Shown here: positions 1 to 14,452 of the stretch, piece by piece | How the letters are laid out: every line of letters begins with the position of its first letter | How positions within the stretch are numbered: position 1 is the first letter of the stretch | Assembly (NCBI GenBank): GCA_964016885.1 | Contig: OZ024742.1 | Location: forward strand, 359,476,001 to 359,540,000 | DNA: 64,000 bases | Source of the DNA: Eledone cirrhosa | Lineage: Eukaryota | Direction: 5' to 3' | Notes under the pieces: generated by a model | Told to the model about the DNA's origin: nothing | What the model saw: the letters and a program-made list of their open reading frames with translations, nothing else | The model's database searches: none | Made by a program: the position numbers and the translations under genes

Positions 1-788
<788 letters not shown>

Positions 789-973
789 TATAATGCTCCA
801 TTTAATTTACAAATTAAGGATAATATACCTAAAAAATTCTTTAATATCCTAGAGAAGAACTTCCCGCCAAACCACAAATACCATCAAATTTTAAATAGAT
901 CAACGGTTAAATTCTCCTACTCAACAACCAAAAGCATTAAAAAAAATATAAGTGCCTACAATGTAAAAAAACC

Positions 974-1465
974 ATGAGTATACCACCAGTACATCAAACT
1001 AACCATAATATCTCCTCGGATACAGGATTCACGAAAAATTGTAACTGTAGAAACAAGGCAAACTGCCCATTAAAAGGAAATTGCCTTGTTAATAACATAG
1101 TATATAAATGTAAAGTTAACACTAAGGACTCAATTTATTCATATATAGGAGCTACCTCTAACAAATTTAAGGTAAGATTTAAGACCCACAAACATAGTTT
1201 TAAAAATGCCGCACTAGCTAATACAACATCTCTAGCTGAAATAATTAATAATTATAGAAAAAGGAATATAGATTATGACCTGACCTGGAGTGTGCTCAAA
1301 AGGGCCACCCCTTATCAAAATAATAGATATGAATGTAGATTATGTTCCCAAGAACTTTTTGAAATAATGAAATCTAAGGATATCCTATTAAATAAGCGAC
1401 AGGAATTAATAATATCGTGTAATCATAAACTGAGAAAAAACTTTAAATATTATAAACCTAATTAA
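974..1465 (+). pseudogene. PLE GIY-YIG endonuclease domain (C-terminal fragment of a truncated ORF)
   Basis: NIVYKCKV...YSYIGATSNKFKVRFKTH; the same frame continues upstream from about 790. Confidence 0.85.
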
Positions 1466-1754
1466 TATACACTTTAGAAATTAATATATAAACTTTTTTT
1501 AATTTAGTTAACCTATAATTAATATTCTACTACTGATGAACTACATAATTTTACTTTCCTTCTTACAACTATCATTTCCTAAAACTGATACCATTAAGTA
1601 AACATATATAATGCTTTAATTCCAGGTTATGACTCTATGTTCCTTGAAATCTCTATATATTTATTATTTCTCACTAATAATTTTAACTCCCCCCCCCCAA
1701 TAATTATATGTATGTGTATGTATGTATGTGTGTATATATATATATATGTATATA

Positions 1755-1819
<65 letters not shown>

Positions 1820-2095
1820 ATGTGTGTGTATATATATATATATTATTTTTATATTCTTTTAATTTCCCCTCATCTTTAACAGCACTCTTCAACTACATCT
1901 AACTCTTATTTATCATATCTATATACATTAGTATAATTTTATCAATATATATATACCCATCAATTAAATTAATTTATATTCTTTTCATGGATGGATTTAT
2001 TTCACTAACACTCTTATAGTAAAATTTTAGTCTCCCTAGATATTTGCATTGGCATTACTATTTTATAACAGCAACTGTTCGTATAACTTTTACTG

Positions 2096-2560
2096 ACCTG
2101 GCCTATTTTCACCCCTAAAATAACCTTCTCATTCTTCACACCCCATTCAAAACTGAAATCTGCCTTCTTCTACCCCTAAAATAAACTTCAATTACTACTA
2201 TTTTACCACTTGGCCAATTATTAACTTTCTATTGGTTAATTCTAAACCTGTTACCAAACAGACAGACTATATTAAATCTTTGTTGGTTTTATTCAATGAA
2301 CAAATATAATTATTTCTGAGGTCAGCATACGACCTATTTTCATCCCTAAAATAATCTTTCATTCATAATATTCTTTTCCATCCAAAACTGAAATCTACCT
2401 TCCTCTACCCATAAATTAAGGTTCTTTTACTACTATATTACTATCTTGACCTTCACTATCTTTCTATTGGTCAATTCAAAACCTGTTCCCAAACAGACCT
2501 ATCGTATTAAATCTTTGTTTTTTTCAATAAACAAATATCATTATTTCTGAAGACAGCATA
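2096..2560 (+). repeat. Diverged tandem duplication (about 230 bp unit) in the PLE 3' UTR
   Basis: cctattttcacccctaaaataa...ttatttctgaggtcagcata recurs as cctattttcatccctaaaataa...ttatttctgaagacagcata. Confidence 0.8.
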
Positions 2561-2679
2561 TATATGTGTAGGTATGTATATTCCCTCTGATAGTTTGTAT
2601 AAATATTTTACATAGATCTATAGAATATGCATACCAACACTAACACATATATATCCTAGAAACGATCGTAAAATGATGA
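2538..2679 (+). ncRNA. Type I hammerhead ribozyme with about 105-nt stem II
   Basis: Stem I tcattattt/aaatgatga; CTGAAGA at 2547; stem II helices atatatatgtgt/acacatatatat and ggtatgtatattc/gaatatgcatacc; GAAA at 2659; palindromic CGATCG; cleavage GTA. Confidence 0.8.
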
Positions 2680-2745
2680 ATTTTTTTAATATAAGGAACT
2701 GTTTCTTTGTTTATTCATTACTTTATTAATTTATATATATATATA

Positions 2746-2936
2746 TAACGAAGGAGGTGTGGTAAGGAACCAGATGGACCATAACGCACCAGAGTACTCA
2801 ATACTTAGGGTAGTAGAGAGGGTAATAGGAAAAGGTTTGACCCCGACGGCAGAGCTCAAGCTGTTTCGACGGCTATTTTTTGACCAGAAATAGCCGTCGA
2901 AACGGCTTGAGCTCTGCCATCGGGGTCAAACAAGTT

Positions 2937-2941
<5 letters not shown>
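2746..2941. mobile_element. Mini fold-back insertion of the PLE family-A terminus in (TA)n
   Basis: Long minus arm and short plus arm of the sequence at 15471-15610, centre about 2882, TA tracts on both sides. Confidence 0.9.
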
Positions 2942-3035
<94 letters not shown>

Positions 3036-3252
3036 AGAAGAAGAAGAAGAAAAAGAAGAAGAAGAAGAAGAAGAAGAAGAAGAAGAAGAAGAAGAAGAAG
3101 AAGAAGAAGAAAAAGAAGAAGAAGAAGAGGTTGACGGGACTAGCATAAGGTTTCCCTACCAGTACTCAATAGGTAAGGTTATGTAAACATCCCAGAGTAG
3201 ACAAAGTTATTTGCCTCGATACAACACACATAAATGGGTACCATAAATCCTA

Positions 3253-3365
3253 ACCCGTATTCGTGTTTCGGCCACACTTAATGTAGTAAGAGAGCGTACA
3301 GCATCTATTGTCTGCATTTATTATGAAATAATGCACAATCGGTGCATGTGGCTTCATCAGCGGGT
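3253..3365 (-). ncRNA. Type I hammerhead ribozyme with long stem II (isolated pLTR-like island 3130-3375)
   Basis: Minus strand: acccg CTGATGA a gccaca...tgtggc c GAAA cacgaa TA cgggt; stem III is weak. Confidence 0.75.
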
Positions 3366-3376
3366 CCCGCCTAATA

Positions 3377-3451
<75 letters not shown>

Positions 3452-3834
3452 AACAGCGTAGATGTAATTCATTTCGCGCAGAAGTTTTGTTCAAATTTAT
3501 TGCGGAAATTTTGTAAGTTCAATTTAAATTTTGATACTATTGTGTAGCTTGACCCCCCGTCTGAACTGTCAGGCGGTGGGTCAGCTCATCTTTACCCCTC
3601 CTAGGGGTAAAAAAACTGTTTTTAAAAATTTTGTGGCATAAAAAAATGTCAATCGTCTACAGAAATGTTAAACGAAGCTAACGAAAATAGTGGTGGGGGA
3701 CAGCGGTAAGAGTTGTAAGCTCGCACGCTTTAGTCCCCCCTTCCTTCCCAACTAACGTCATAGAGAAGGAAGGAAAAAATAAAATAAAAACAGACGAATC
3801 TGCGGAGAAAAATGACGAAAACACAAATCTGGAC

Positions 3835-5475
3835 ATGGATTCCAACAACGAAAAAAAAAATTTTGAAAAATTGCATGACAATATTAATACCACAAACAAA
3901 GACACAACAAACACAAAAATAACACTTGAAAACAACATCATAACAGAAAGCAAAGCAGACGACAAAGTCAACACCAATAAGATTTCGTTTGCACAAACAA
4001 CAAAGAAATCTTTGACATATATACCTGAAAATATTTCAGATGTGGCACAAAGAATTGCAGACGCCAAACAATATATAACTGAAAGAGAGAATGGTATTTT
4101 ATCGGTAAAAATGCCTCAAGAACTCACCAAAGACATTGAAAGTCGAACGGTCCTTTTCCGCACCATCAACAGCACTTATAAAAAATCTGAACAGCCAACT
4201 TAAACAGATATCAAAACAGTACTCACAGAAGTACTTAATGAAACCACTTTCATAAGAAAAGACAGACTGTATGGAAGCCTAGCGATTATTATGAAGAATG
4301 AATCGGCGGCAAAAAAATGTGCTTTGTCACCGATTCGTTCGAAAAATTTTACCTTTTATCCATCTTATATGGGGAAAAGAACTCAACGCATATGGCTGGA
4401 TGCAATGATGCCAGATGTGGACTACTGCTGGCTCATAGCTGGCTTCATCGATCCAGCGAATGACAACGTGATTTCCATTGGGAAAACCAAAGGCAATGCG
4501 TTCAGTGGAACAGGTATAGAGCTTGTAGTGCAAATGAAGCCTGAACGCATTGCCCAAATACCCGACAGAATCATATTAGAGGGCCACGGGTATATAAACA
4601 TTAGCGTGGAGGGGAGAAGACCGTCCTGTCATATTTGTGCAGGCAGAGGGCACCTGAAGGCGGCTTGTCCCCAACTCAACAAAAAGAAAACCCTGCTACC
4701 AACACCAGCTCCACCACCACCACCACAACAGATAAACAAACAACAAAACTCAGTCCCACCCAACCCGTCCCTCAGTAAAACTACACCACCACCACAACAC
4801 AAACAGTCACAACACATTACCCCAAAACAAAATACAGGCCCACCCAACCCCTCACTCAATAAAACAACACAACCACCGCAGCCACAACACACAACACAGT
4901 CTAACATAGTGACAACCATCTCCCCCACAAAGAAAACCAACAACACGGAAACATTACCAGCAAACATACCTCTTCCCTCCAACACTGAAGATAACCCAAC
5001 GAATTCGGAGGAAGAAACGGAGTCCTTCAGACAGATTAAAAGGAAAAAAAGAAAACATGTGCAAAACACACAAGGCCAAACAACCCCCACCCAAATGTCA
5101 ACACAATCCAACAAAACACAAAACACCCCTCCAGCAACAAACAAAACAAAACCTGCCCCTCCCCTCTTCGAAACACTCACACCATCCGAAAAAAAGACAT
5201 TACACTATACTTACATCAACAGAAACAATAATAAATTAAATGAACTCATATACAATAATCCTTCGGTACAAACCGAAGGTGTAAACTTTGTTTCGTCAGA
5301 AAACTACCCACATTTAAAATTAATAAAAATCCCAATGAACCTCTACCAAAAACTAAAAAAGGATTTTAAGGAGGACGTAGGACCACCCTCCGTCAAACCC
5401 ATAAACCGCGTCCTACTAAAAAGATTTTCCCCTCCCCCTCACAACTCCAAACACCCCAACCCCACCACACACTGA
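3835..5475 (+). pseudogene. Tx1-like ORF1 (gag-like zinc knuckle, Pro/Thr/Gln-rich tail) with a premature stop at 4201
   Basis: CHICAGRGHLKAAC matches CX2CX4HX4C; TAA at 4201 corresponds to CAA in the second copy. True start and end are uncertain. Confidence 0.8.
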
Positions 5476-5599
5476 CGACCCCACACCACCACAAGACACC
5501 CCTTCACCCAACACCCCCGACCCCATGGAAGTCGTGCAACCCGAACCCCGGGAAGCGGAAAGGTAGGTCTCTACACTCTCCTTTGGCTCTGCCGCCCAC

Positions 5600-8500
5600 A
5601 TGGATGTGTTAAGAGTAGGATGTTTGAATGCACGTGGCCTGGGCTCAACTTGGAAGCAAGCAAAGCTTCTAAATGACCTCAGGTCATGTAGTATAAATGT
5701 AATGGTTATCTGTGAGACTCGAATCAGCGTCGTGCGGCAGCTGGCCCCCACCTTCGATGACTTTGAGGTGCATGCATCTCTCTGTCAACCTGGAGGTGGA
5801 GTGGGGTTGTCGTACTGCTGCAAAAACACCTGGGTCTTGCCGTACAGGTTGTGCACTCGGACCCGGAGGGTCGTTTGTTGGTGCTAGACGTTGGCAGTAG
5901 TGAAAGTGCGGCCTTGAGACTGGTCGCCGTCTACTCCCCTTTCGGAGCTGAACGGCCCGACTTCTTCCAGCGTTTGGAGACTTTTCTGGGAACGTCGCGT
6001 TCCCTGCTTCTAGCGGGGGATTGGAATGACATCCTGGATGCACGTTGGGACTATGCAGGAGCATGTCCTAATAGAGGGGGGTGTAACAGCCTCAAGGGGT
6101 TACTCGACCGTTTTAACTTGGTCGATAGATATCGACTAGATTTTCCAACTGTGCCTACCTGGACTTGGAGAAACCACAGTGGTCAATCTAGATCGTACTT
6201 AGATAGATTCTTAGTTAGAAGTAAGGATAGGGACATATTAAGCTGTCCAGAAATGCGCACGGTTGGCTACACGGATCACAAATTAGTGACCTGCGTGGTC
6301 AATCTCGAGAAAACACATAGACAGGGTCCCGGTTACTGGAAACTTAATTTGTCTTTACCGGCAAAAGAGACTTACAGAAACCGGATTAGCAGATTAGTTA
6401 AGGAGAGGTTGACGGGTGCAATCGTCAACAACCGATGGTGGACATCTCTCAAAAGAGAGATTAGAACAGAATCAATAAGTTATAGCAAGATGTTAGCTGC
6501 CGATAGGAATAGAAACGAGAAAGAATTAACAGGTAAATTAGAAGAGGCAATCAAGAGCGAAGATGTGGCCAGAGTGCTGGCATCGAGGACGGCCTTGAAC
6601 CAGTTTTTCGATGCAAAGCACGAAGGCTGCGTCATTCGAAGTAAAATACGTGCTCTAGGTAATGAGGGGGCCAAAGCCGTTGGATGGGCCCGCGTGACAG
6701 AAGCTAAGAGTGGAAATCGATCCACCATCCGGTCGTTGCAAGACGAAGATGGACGGGTGATCCGGGAGCCTAAGCAGATGTGCGAGGCCTTTCAAAGGCA
6801 CTTTGCCCGATTGTTCGGGGGAGGCGAGGGTCCGGGCGGGGGCGTGGATTTCGGTCCATACCTCGACGGCCTGCCGCGTCTCTCGAACGAAGAGGCAGAG
6901 TCCTGCGAGGGACCAATCTCGGCTGATGAGATCGGAGATGCGCTGAGCCAATGCAGCAGACGCAAATCTCCAGGTCTCGATGGTATACCTTACGAACTTT
7001 ATTTAGCAATGCCGGTCTTCTTCTCCGAACTCCTCGAAGCGGTCTACTGCAATTGGCAGCAGAACGGGAGAATTCCTTGTTCTGTAGCCAAGGGCGTAGT
7101 CACGCTGGTGAGGAAGGACGAGAACAAGGGGGATAGTATAAATAATTTTCGGCCCATAACCCTGCTAAACACAGAGTTAAAGATTTTGGCCAAGGTGTTA
7201 GCAAAGAGGTTTGCGCTTGTCGTGGGTGGCCTGGTGGGAGATGCGCAGACATGTGCTATCCCATCCAGGTCCATTCACGATAACCTCCACCTCATGCGAT
7301 ACATCATAGAGAGGGTTGGCAACAAACCCGGCTTCGGTGGGGCCCTGATCAACTTGGATCAGTCTAAGGCCTTCGATAGGGTCGACCATGGTTACCTGGA
7401 TGCGGTGCTAGCGGCGGCTGGGTTCGGTCCTGTTTTCAGAGGCTGGATCACTGCCCTACATAGCAACCACATCTGTTCTAGGATCAAGGTGAACGGCTAC
7501 CTTTCGAAGCCGTTCGAAATCACACGATCCATTCGACAGGGGTGCCCTCTCTCCTCCCTTCTGTACGTATTGACTCTCGAGCCTTTACTGAGGAAGTTGG
7601 AGTTGTTGCAGGGTATCCCCCTGGAACCAGGATTGAGCAAAGCGGTGTCGGCCTACGCCGATGACGTAACAGTAATGGTATCAACCGACTCGGAGATCGA
7701 GGCGATCGGTACCTTACTGGAGGAGTACGAAAGGTTGTCAGGAGCGAAACTGAACCGGGAAAAATCCATCGGGCTGCAACTCGGAACGTGGAGAGGCAGA
7801 CCGATGCCTCCTGACGGTGTCGTCGGACACTGGACGGAGGGCCCGGTAAAGTTGCTTGGGGTCTGGTTTGGACCGGACCTCCAGGTGGAAAAGAACTGGA
7901 ACGCGGTTACGAACAAGGTGTTTGCACTAACCCAGAAATGGGCCAAGTGTAAGCTGTCCCTAAAAGGCCGGGCGGAGGTGGCGAACATTTACATAGCGTC
8001 CGTCACTTACTACCGCCTGACTGTCGTGCCTTGCCCTAAGGAAACACTCACCACCATGGAACGCATGCTCTTCCAATTTCTTTGGAAGAAGCGTCCTCCT
8101 ATGGTGAGAAGATCCATCTGCTGCCAACAACCTTCGAAAGGAGGGCTGGGGATGCCGTGGTTGATGATGCGTAGGCACGCATTAAGGCTACGGCACCTAC
8201 AGGTATTCCTCACTGGTCAACCGGTGTGGACTCCGTTCGTGAAACGAGCCTTTCCGAGACTCGTCTCGCTCACCGAGCTACAGTCCTGGGTCAAGGAAAG
8301 ATCCGGAAAACTGGGAGACTGGCACACTGGGTGTGCTCAGGCGCTCAGGGCTCTCTGGCAAGCGGGCCGGGCCATCGGTGGAGAATCCACCTCAGCATTC
8401 TATAGAGGGCTGGTGGCTAGCAGGGGAGATGACACCCTTGGAGAGTCGCTGGACATGGAAGAAGACGAACTGGCCAGCCTGTTCGGTAGGACTTTCGGCC

Positions 8501-9036
8501 CAGGACCAATGGACAACTTCCAGAAGTCACTGGCCTGGCAGTGCTACCGGGGGGCTCTACCCGTTCGAGAGAGGCTCTACAGACACGGGCGCCCGGGCAG
8601 GGATCCCTCAAAAAAGATTTGCCCTAGATGCGTGCGTCACGAAGAAACCGTTGCGCACGCATTGGTGCAATGTCCGGGCGTGGCTGATCTGTGGGGCTAC
8701 GCCGAACGACTGCTGTCGCGGGTGGCGCCGATTAAATTGACCGCCGAGTCCGTGATGACAATCAAACCGCCTCCCCTCTTCACAAAGGAAGCAAAGGCGG
8801 TTTTTCTGTGCGTAATAGCCATGTTGAAAGAGGTTGTTTGGTGGACACGATTGAAAGGTCTGAGGTCAGGCAGCTTCCTCTCTGGCCATAGTCTGGTCTA
8901 CTTCTTCCGATATCACTTCGGAAGAAGGATAAGAATGGAGAGAGAGGTGCTTGGCCACAGGCAGTTTTATGAAAGGTGGGTGATAGTGGCGAGAATGGCT
9001 CGTGTAAATGGGCCTTCTCTGTATACCATCCTGTAG
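5600..9036 (+). CDS. Tx1-like ORF2: APE endonuclease, reverse transcriptase, C-terminal CCHC; one frameshift near 5800-5850
   Basis: CLNARGL, ICET, LAGDWN, YLDRF, TDH (APE); FRPITLLN, LDQSKAFDRV, QGCPLS, AYADD (RT); CPRC-x8-H-x4-C. Confidence 0.93.
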
Positions 9037-9289
9037 GTAAAGAAGTAAAGGAGAGGGGAGCACCTTCTCCATGTGCTCCCCGGGCAAAGGATTGCACACT
9101 TTTTCGGGGGTGTGTGCAACCCCCATCACGTCCCCTCCCTTTTGAGGTTATTTTCGATTATTTTCATGTTACACCCTTTTTACTCGATTATATGTAAACT
9201 CCCCCTTTGTATTTGTCCCTTCTTTTTATGCCTTTATGGTAAATAAAGAAATCTATCTATATTTCTATCAATCTAGCTGTCGTCTGTTC

Positions 9290-11450
9290 TACAGTGTGGA
9301 TGTAATTCACTTCGCACAGAAGTTTTGTTCAAATTTATTGAGGAAATTTTGTGAGTTCAAACTTAATTTTGATACAATTGTGTAGCTTGACCCTCCGTCT
9401 GAACTGTCAGGCGGTGGGTCAGCTCATCTTTACCCCTCCTAGAGGTAAAAAACCTGTTTTAAAAAATTTTGTGTAAAAAATTTCAATCGTCTAACAGAAA
9501 TGTGAAACCCAGCGAACGAAAATAGTGGTGGGGGGACAGCGGTAAGAGTTGTAAGCTCGCACGCTTTAGTCCTCCCTTCCTTCCCAACTAACGTCATAGA
9601 GAAGGAAGGAAAAATTAAAATAAAAACAGACGAATCTGCGGAGAAAAAATTAAATGACGAAAACACAAATCTGGACTTGGATTCCAACAACGAAAAAAAA
9701 AAATTTGAAAAATTGCATGACAATACTAATAACACAAACAAAGACACAACAAACACAAAAATAACAGTTGAAAATAACACCATATCAGAAAACAAGGCAG
9801 ACGACAAGATTTCATTTGCACAGAAAACAAAGAAATCTTTGACTTATATAGCGGAAAACATTTCAGATGTGGTACGAAGGATCACGGACGCCAAACAATA
9901 CATAAGTGAAGGAGAGAATGGTATTTTATCGGTAAAAATGCCTCAAGAATTCACGAAAGACATTGAAAGCCGAACGGTCAAGTTTCGGACCATCAACAAC
10001 AGTACAAAAAAACCTGAACAGCCTTCTCAAGCAGATATCAAAACAGTACTCACAGAAGTACTTAATGAAACCACTTTCATAAGAAAAGACAGACTGTATG
10101 GAAGCCTAGCAATTATCATGAAGAATGAATCGGCGGCAAAAAAATGTGCTTTGTCACCGATTCGTTCGAAAAATTTCACCTTTTATCCATCTTATATGGG
10201 GAAAAGAACTCAACGCATATGGCTGGATGCAATGATGCCAGATGTGGACTACTGCTGGCTCATAGCTGGCTTCATCGATCCAGTGAATGACAACGTGATT
10301 TCCATTGGGAAAACCACAGGCAATGCGTTCAGTGGAACAGGTATAGAGCTGGTAGTACAAATGAAGCCTGAACGCATCGCCCAAATACCCGACAGAATCC
10401 TATTAGAGGACCACGGGTATATAAACATTAGCGTGGAGGGGAGAAGGCCGTCCTGCAATATCTGTGCAGGCAGAGGGCACCTGAAGGCCGCTTGTCCCCA
10501 ACTCAACAAAAAGAAAACCCTGCTACCAACACCAGCTCCACCACCACCACCACAACAGACAAACAAACAACAAAACTCAGTCCCACCCAACCCGTCCCTC
10601 AGTAAAACTACACCACCACCACAACACAAACAGTCACAACACATTACCCCAAAACAAAATACAGGCCCACCCAACCCCTCACTCAATAAAACAACACAAC
10701 CACCGCAGCCACAACACACAACACAGTCTAACATAGTGACATCCATCTCCCCCACAAAGAAAACCAACAACACGGAAACATTACCAGCAAACATACCTCT
10801 TCCCTCCAACATTGAAGATAACCCAACGAATTCGGAGGAAGAAACGGAGTCCTTCAGACAGATTAAAAGGAAAAAAAGAAAACATGTGCAAAACACACAA
10901 GGCCAAACAACCCCCACCCAAATGTCAACACAATCCAACAAAACACAAAACACCCCTCCAGCAACAAACAAAACAAAACCTGCCCCCCCCCCCCTCTTCG
11001 AAACACTCACACCATCCGAAAAAAAGACATTACACTATACTTACATCAACAGAAACAATAATAAATTAAATGAGCTCATATACAATAATCCTTCGGTACA
11101 AACCGAAGGTGTAAACTTTGTTTCGGAGGATAAGAATGGAGAGAGAGGTGCTTGGCCACAGGCAGTTTTATGAAAGGTGGGTGATAGTGGCGAGAATGGC
11201 TCGTGTAAATGGGCCTTCTCTGTATACCATCCTGTAGGTAAAGAAGTAAAGGAGAGGGGAGCACCTTCTCCATGTGCTCCCCGGGCAAAGGATTGCACAC
11301 TTTTTCGGGGGTGTGTGCAACCCCCATCACGTCCCCTCCCTTTTGAGGTTATTTTCGATTATTTTCATGTTACACCCTTTTTACTCGATTATATGTAAAC
11401 TCCCCCTTTGTATTTGTCCCTTCTTTTTATGCCTTTATGGTAAATAAAGA
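9290..11450 (+). mobile_element. Second, internally deleted copy of the Tx1-like element (5' UTR + ORF1 joined to the last about 320 bp)
   Basis: Colinear with 3452-5295, then jumps at about 11125 to the equivalent of about 8926; same 3' end followed by (ATCT)n. Confidence 0.93.
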
Positions 11451-11544
11451 AATCTATCTATCTATCTATTAAATCTATCTATCTATGCTGGTGATCGATT
11501 ATGAAACGTATCAAATATTATTGTCTTCTGTAACTAAATTCTAA

Positions 11545-12910
11545 CGGTGGTGGTGTTGGTGTCGGTGTTGGTGTTGGTGTCGGTATTGGTGGTGGTGGTG
11601 GTGGTGGTAGTGGTGGTAGCGGTGGTGGTGGTGGTGGTGGTGGTGATGGTGGTGGTGGTGGTGGTGGTAATGGTGTTGATGTTGGTGTTGGTATTGGTGT
11701 CAGTGTTGGTGGTGGTGGTGGTGGTGGTGTTGGTGTTAGTGGTGTTGATGTTATTGTTGTTGGTGGTGTTGGTGTTAATGTTGGTGTTGGTGTTGATGAT
11801 TGTGGTGGTGGTGTTGATGATGATGCTGTTAATGTTGATGTTGGTGTTTGTGATGGTGGTGATGGTGGTGGGGATGATGATGGTGGTGGTGTTGATGATG
11901 GTGGTGATGGTGGTAGTGATGTTGGTGGTTGTGGTGTTGATGATGGTGGTGGTGTTGGTGGCGGTGGTGTTGATGATGATGGAGGTGGTGGTGGTGGTGG
12001 TGGTTGTGATGGTGGTGGTGTTGATGGTGTTGATGGTGGTGGTGGTGGTGGTGATGTTGGTGGTGTTGATGGTGTTGATGGTGGTGGCGGAGCGGGTGTT
12101 GATGGTGGTCATGTTGATGGTGTTGATGGTGGTCGTGGTAGTGATGTTGGTGGTTCTGGTGTTGATGATGGTGGTGGTGGTGTTGGTGGTGGTGGTGGTG
12201 TTGATGATGATGGTGGTGGTGGTCATGTTGGTGGTGTTGATGGTGGTGGTCGTGGTGTTGATGGTGTTGATGGTGGTGGTGGTGGTGTTGATATTGATGG
12301 TATTGATGGTGTTGGTGGTGGTGGTGGTGGTGGTGGTGGTTATGTTGGTGGTGGTGGTGATGTGGTGGTGTTGATGATGGTGGTGGTGGTGGTGGTGTTG
12401 ATGGTAGTGGTGGTGGTGATGTTGGTGGTGTTGATGGTGTTGATGGTGGTGGTGGTGGCGGTGGTGGTGGTGGTGGTGTTGATGGTGGCGGGGGCGGTGG
12501 TAATGATGGTTGTGTTGGTGATGTGGTGGTGGTGGTGTTGATGGTGGTGGCTGTGGTGGTGGTGGTGATGTTGGTGGTGTTGATGGTGGCGGGGGTGCTG
12601 GTGGTGGTGGTGTTGATGTTGGGGGTGATGATGGTGGTGGTGGTGGCGGTGTTGATGTTGGTGGTTGTGTTGATGTCGGTGGTGTTGGTGGTGGTGATGG
12701 TGGTGGTGGTGTTGATGGTGGTGGTGATGATGGTGGTGGTGTTGATGGTGGTGTTGATGTTGGTGGTGTTGATGGTGGTGGTGTTGATGTTGGTGGTGGT
12801 GTTGATGGTGGTGGTGATGATTATGGTGGTGTTGATGGTGGTGTTGATGGTGGTGATGATGGTGTTGTTGATGTTGGTGATGGTGTTGATGGTGGTGTTG
12901 ATGATGGTGG
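11545..12910. repeat. Degenerate (GGT/GAT/GTT)n triplet low-complexity tract
   Basis: Direct inspection. Confidence 0.95.
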
Positions 12911-14227
12911 CTATTATCTGGTCATTTTATGAAAAATTTCCTCAACTTTACATGTAATTTCTTAAGAATTATTCAGAATTATATAAAAATAACAACAAAA
13001 ACCAAAAACAAAAGCGAACGCAGAAAAAGATACAAATGGCGATTATTCAGAAATTATTCAAATGTCAATTTGTGGATATGTCCCGAATCTGAATATATAA
13101 TGTCATGTCTCTCAATCGCTCGACAAACTGTTATATTATACATGATTCAATTAATCATAGTTTGTTAGTGATATTCAGCTTTCCTGTCAATAGTCTCAGT
13201 TAATTCTGCTGTCTTGATTTCTCTTAGCATCGTTGGATAAAACAAAAGAAAGATATTTTCAGTCGGAATGTGAAGTTGATAATGCAATTGAAATATGTTA
13301 ACCCTATCAACCAAAGGGCGTATCAAAAAGATAATATGAAACTTGAAGCAGAATATTTGATACTAAGTGAAAGATAAATTAACTAAATACTTGGAGAGCA
13401 TTGTATACAATTGAAAAGAAAGGGAAAAGACCCTTGACTCTTGATAGTGTCTTAGAGGCGCCGTCGTCATACCACACGGCATATTTTAGAGGTTTTAAAC
13501 CCGGTGGAGCTCATCTCTTTCCAGGACTAAACACAGACGATTTCTTCCATAAGGAAGAAAGAACAAATGAAATTAAAAGATAAAAGTGTTACAAAGATAT
13601 ATTACATGGACGAAATACTACTAACTATTATAAAATACAGCTAAATGTCAGAAATAATGAATTAACTATCTATAATCTTGCTGTTGTAGTAAAACTTTAG
13701 AGAGATGTTAGTAAATTAATAATGCTAGAGACAAGACCAACCCTGTGGTTTCATCAATAATCTTGCTGTTTTAGTAATAACTAGTAGAATGGCCCGGCGG
13801 TACTCGGGATTATAAACATAGATTGGCATGTTTATCCCTCCTTTCTGAAACAGTTTCTTCGTATGTTCACCAATTGATCCAGAAGTCCTAATAAAAACTG
13901 AAGTCGCATTGGGTGAATAGGCAAATAATTTTCCATTAAGATTTTTCAAAAGCATGTAATGCGTTCCTTCTCTTTTTTGTTGTTGCTTTTGCTGCTGTGG
14001 GTGTGATAGCAGCCGGTGGTCGCACTACTAACACAGTCTCGTCCTTCTTCAGCCAATCGTGTATATCCCCTTCTGCCTCGTCAGCAGTGAAAACAATATT
14101 TGCTCTAGGGTTCTTATATATTTGATATATATTTCTCCTTATCGAGCCTCGTGAAATAAATGCGTTTGTTTATATTTTGTTATTGTGTATGCAAACATAT
14201 CTGTACAAGAATATATATATATATATA

Positions 14228-14315
<88 letters not shown>

Positions 14316-14370
14316 TGAGATTCTACAGGACTAGAACTGTTTCATTCATTAGAAATCATCAGGAATCTCA
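14316..14370 (-). ncRNA. Type I hammerhead ribozyme (island in (TA)n)
   Basis: tgagattc CTGATGA tttctaatgaat GAAA cag ttctagtc ctg TA gaatctca; perfect 8-bp stem I. Confidence 0.88.
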
Positions 14371-14383
14371 CTTTAATCTGTTA

Positions 14384-14441
<58 letters not shown>

Positions 14442-14452
14442 TAACAGATTAA

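Larger units (their letters stand above)
789..2732 (+). mobile_element. 5'-truncated Penelope-like element (tentatively Nematis-like): linker + GIY-YIG, long 3' UTR with HHR, ends in (TA)n
   Basis: Translation shows a CNC-x5-CPL-x3-C linker, IVY...YIG, and C-terminal CxLC/LLNKR motifs, homologous to the element at 15230-18625. Confidence 0.85.
3452..9250 (+). mobile_element. Near full-length Tx1/L1-clade non-LTR retrotransposon in an (ATCT)n microsatellite
   Basis: ORF1 with zinc knuckle; ORF2 APE + RT + CCHC; ends ...ggtaAATAAAgaa|atctatc; preceded by (TATC)n. Confidence 0.93.

Noticed and set aside
1533-1620. CTGATGA in the PLE 3' UTR
   Set aside because: No matching GAAA or stem I could be drawn.
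11120-11135. Tx1 internal deletion as a splicing product (GTCAGA at 5295)
   Set aside because: The observed junction tttcggaggataag does not match any GT-AG join; microhomology fits better.
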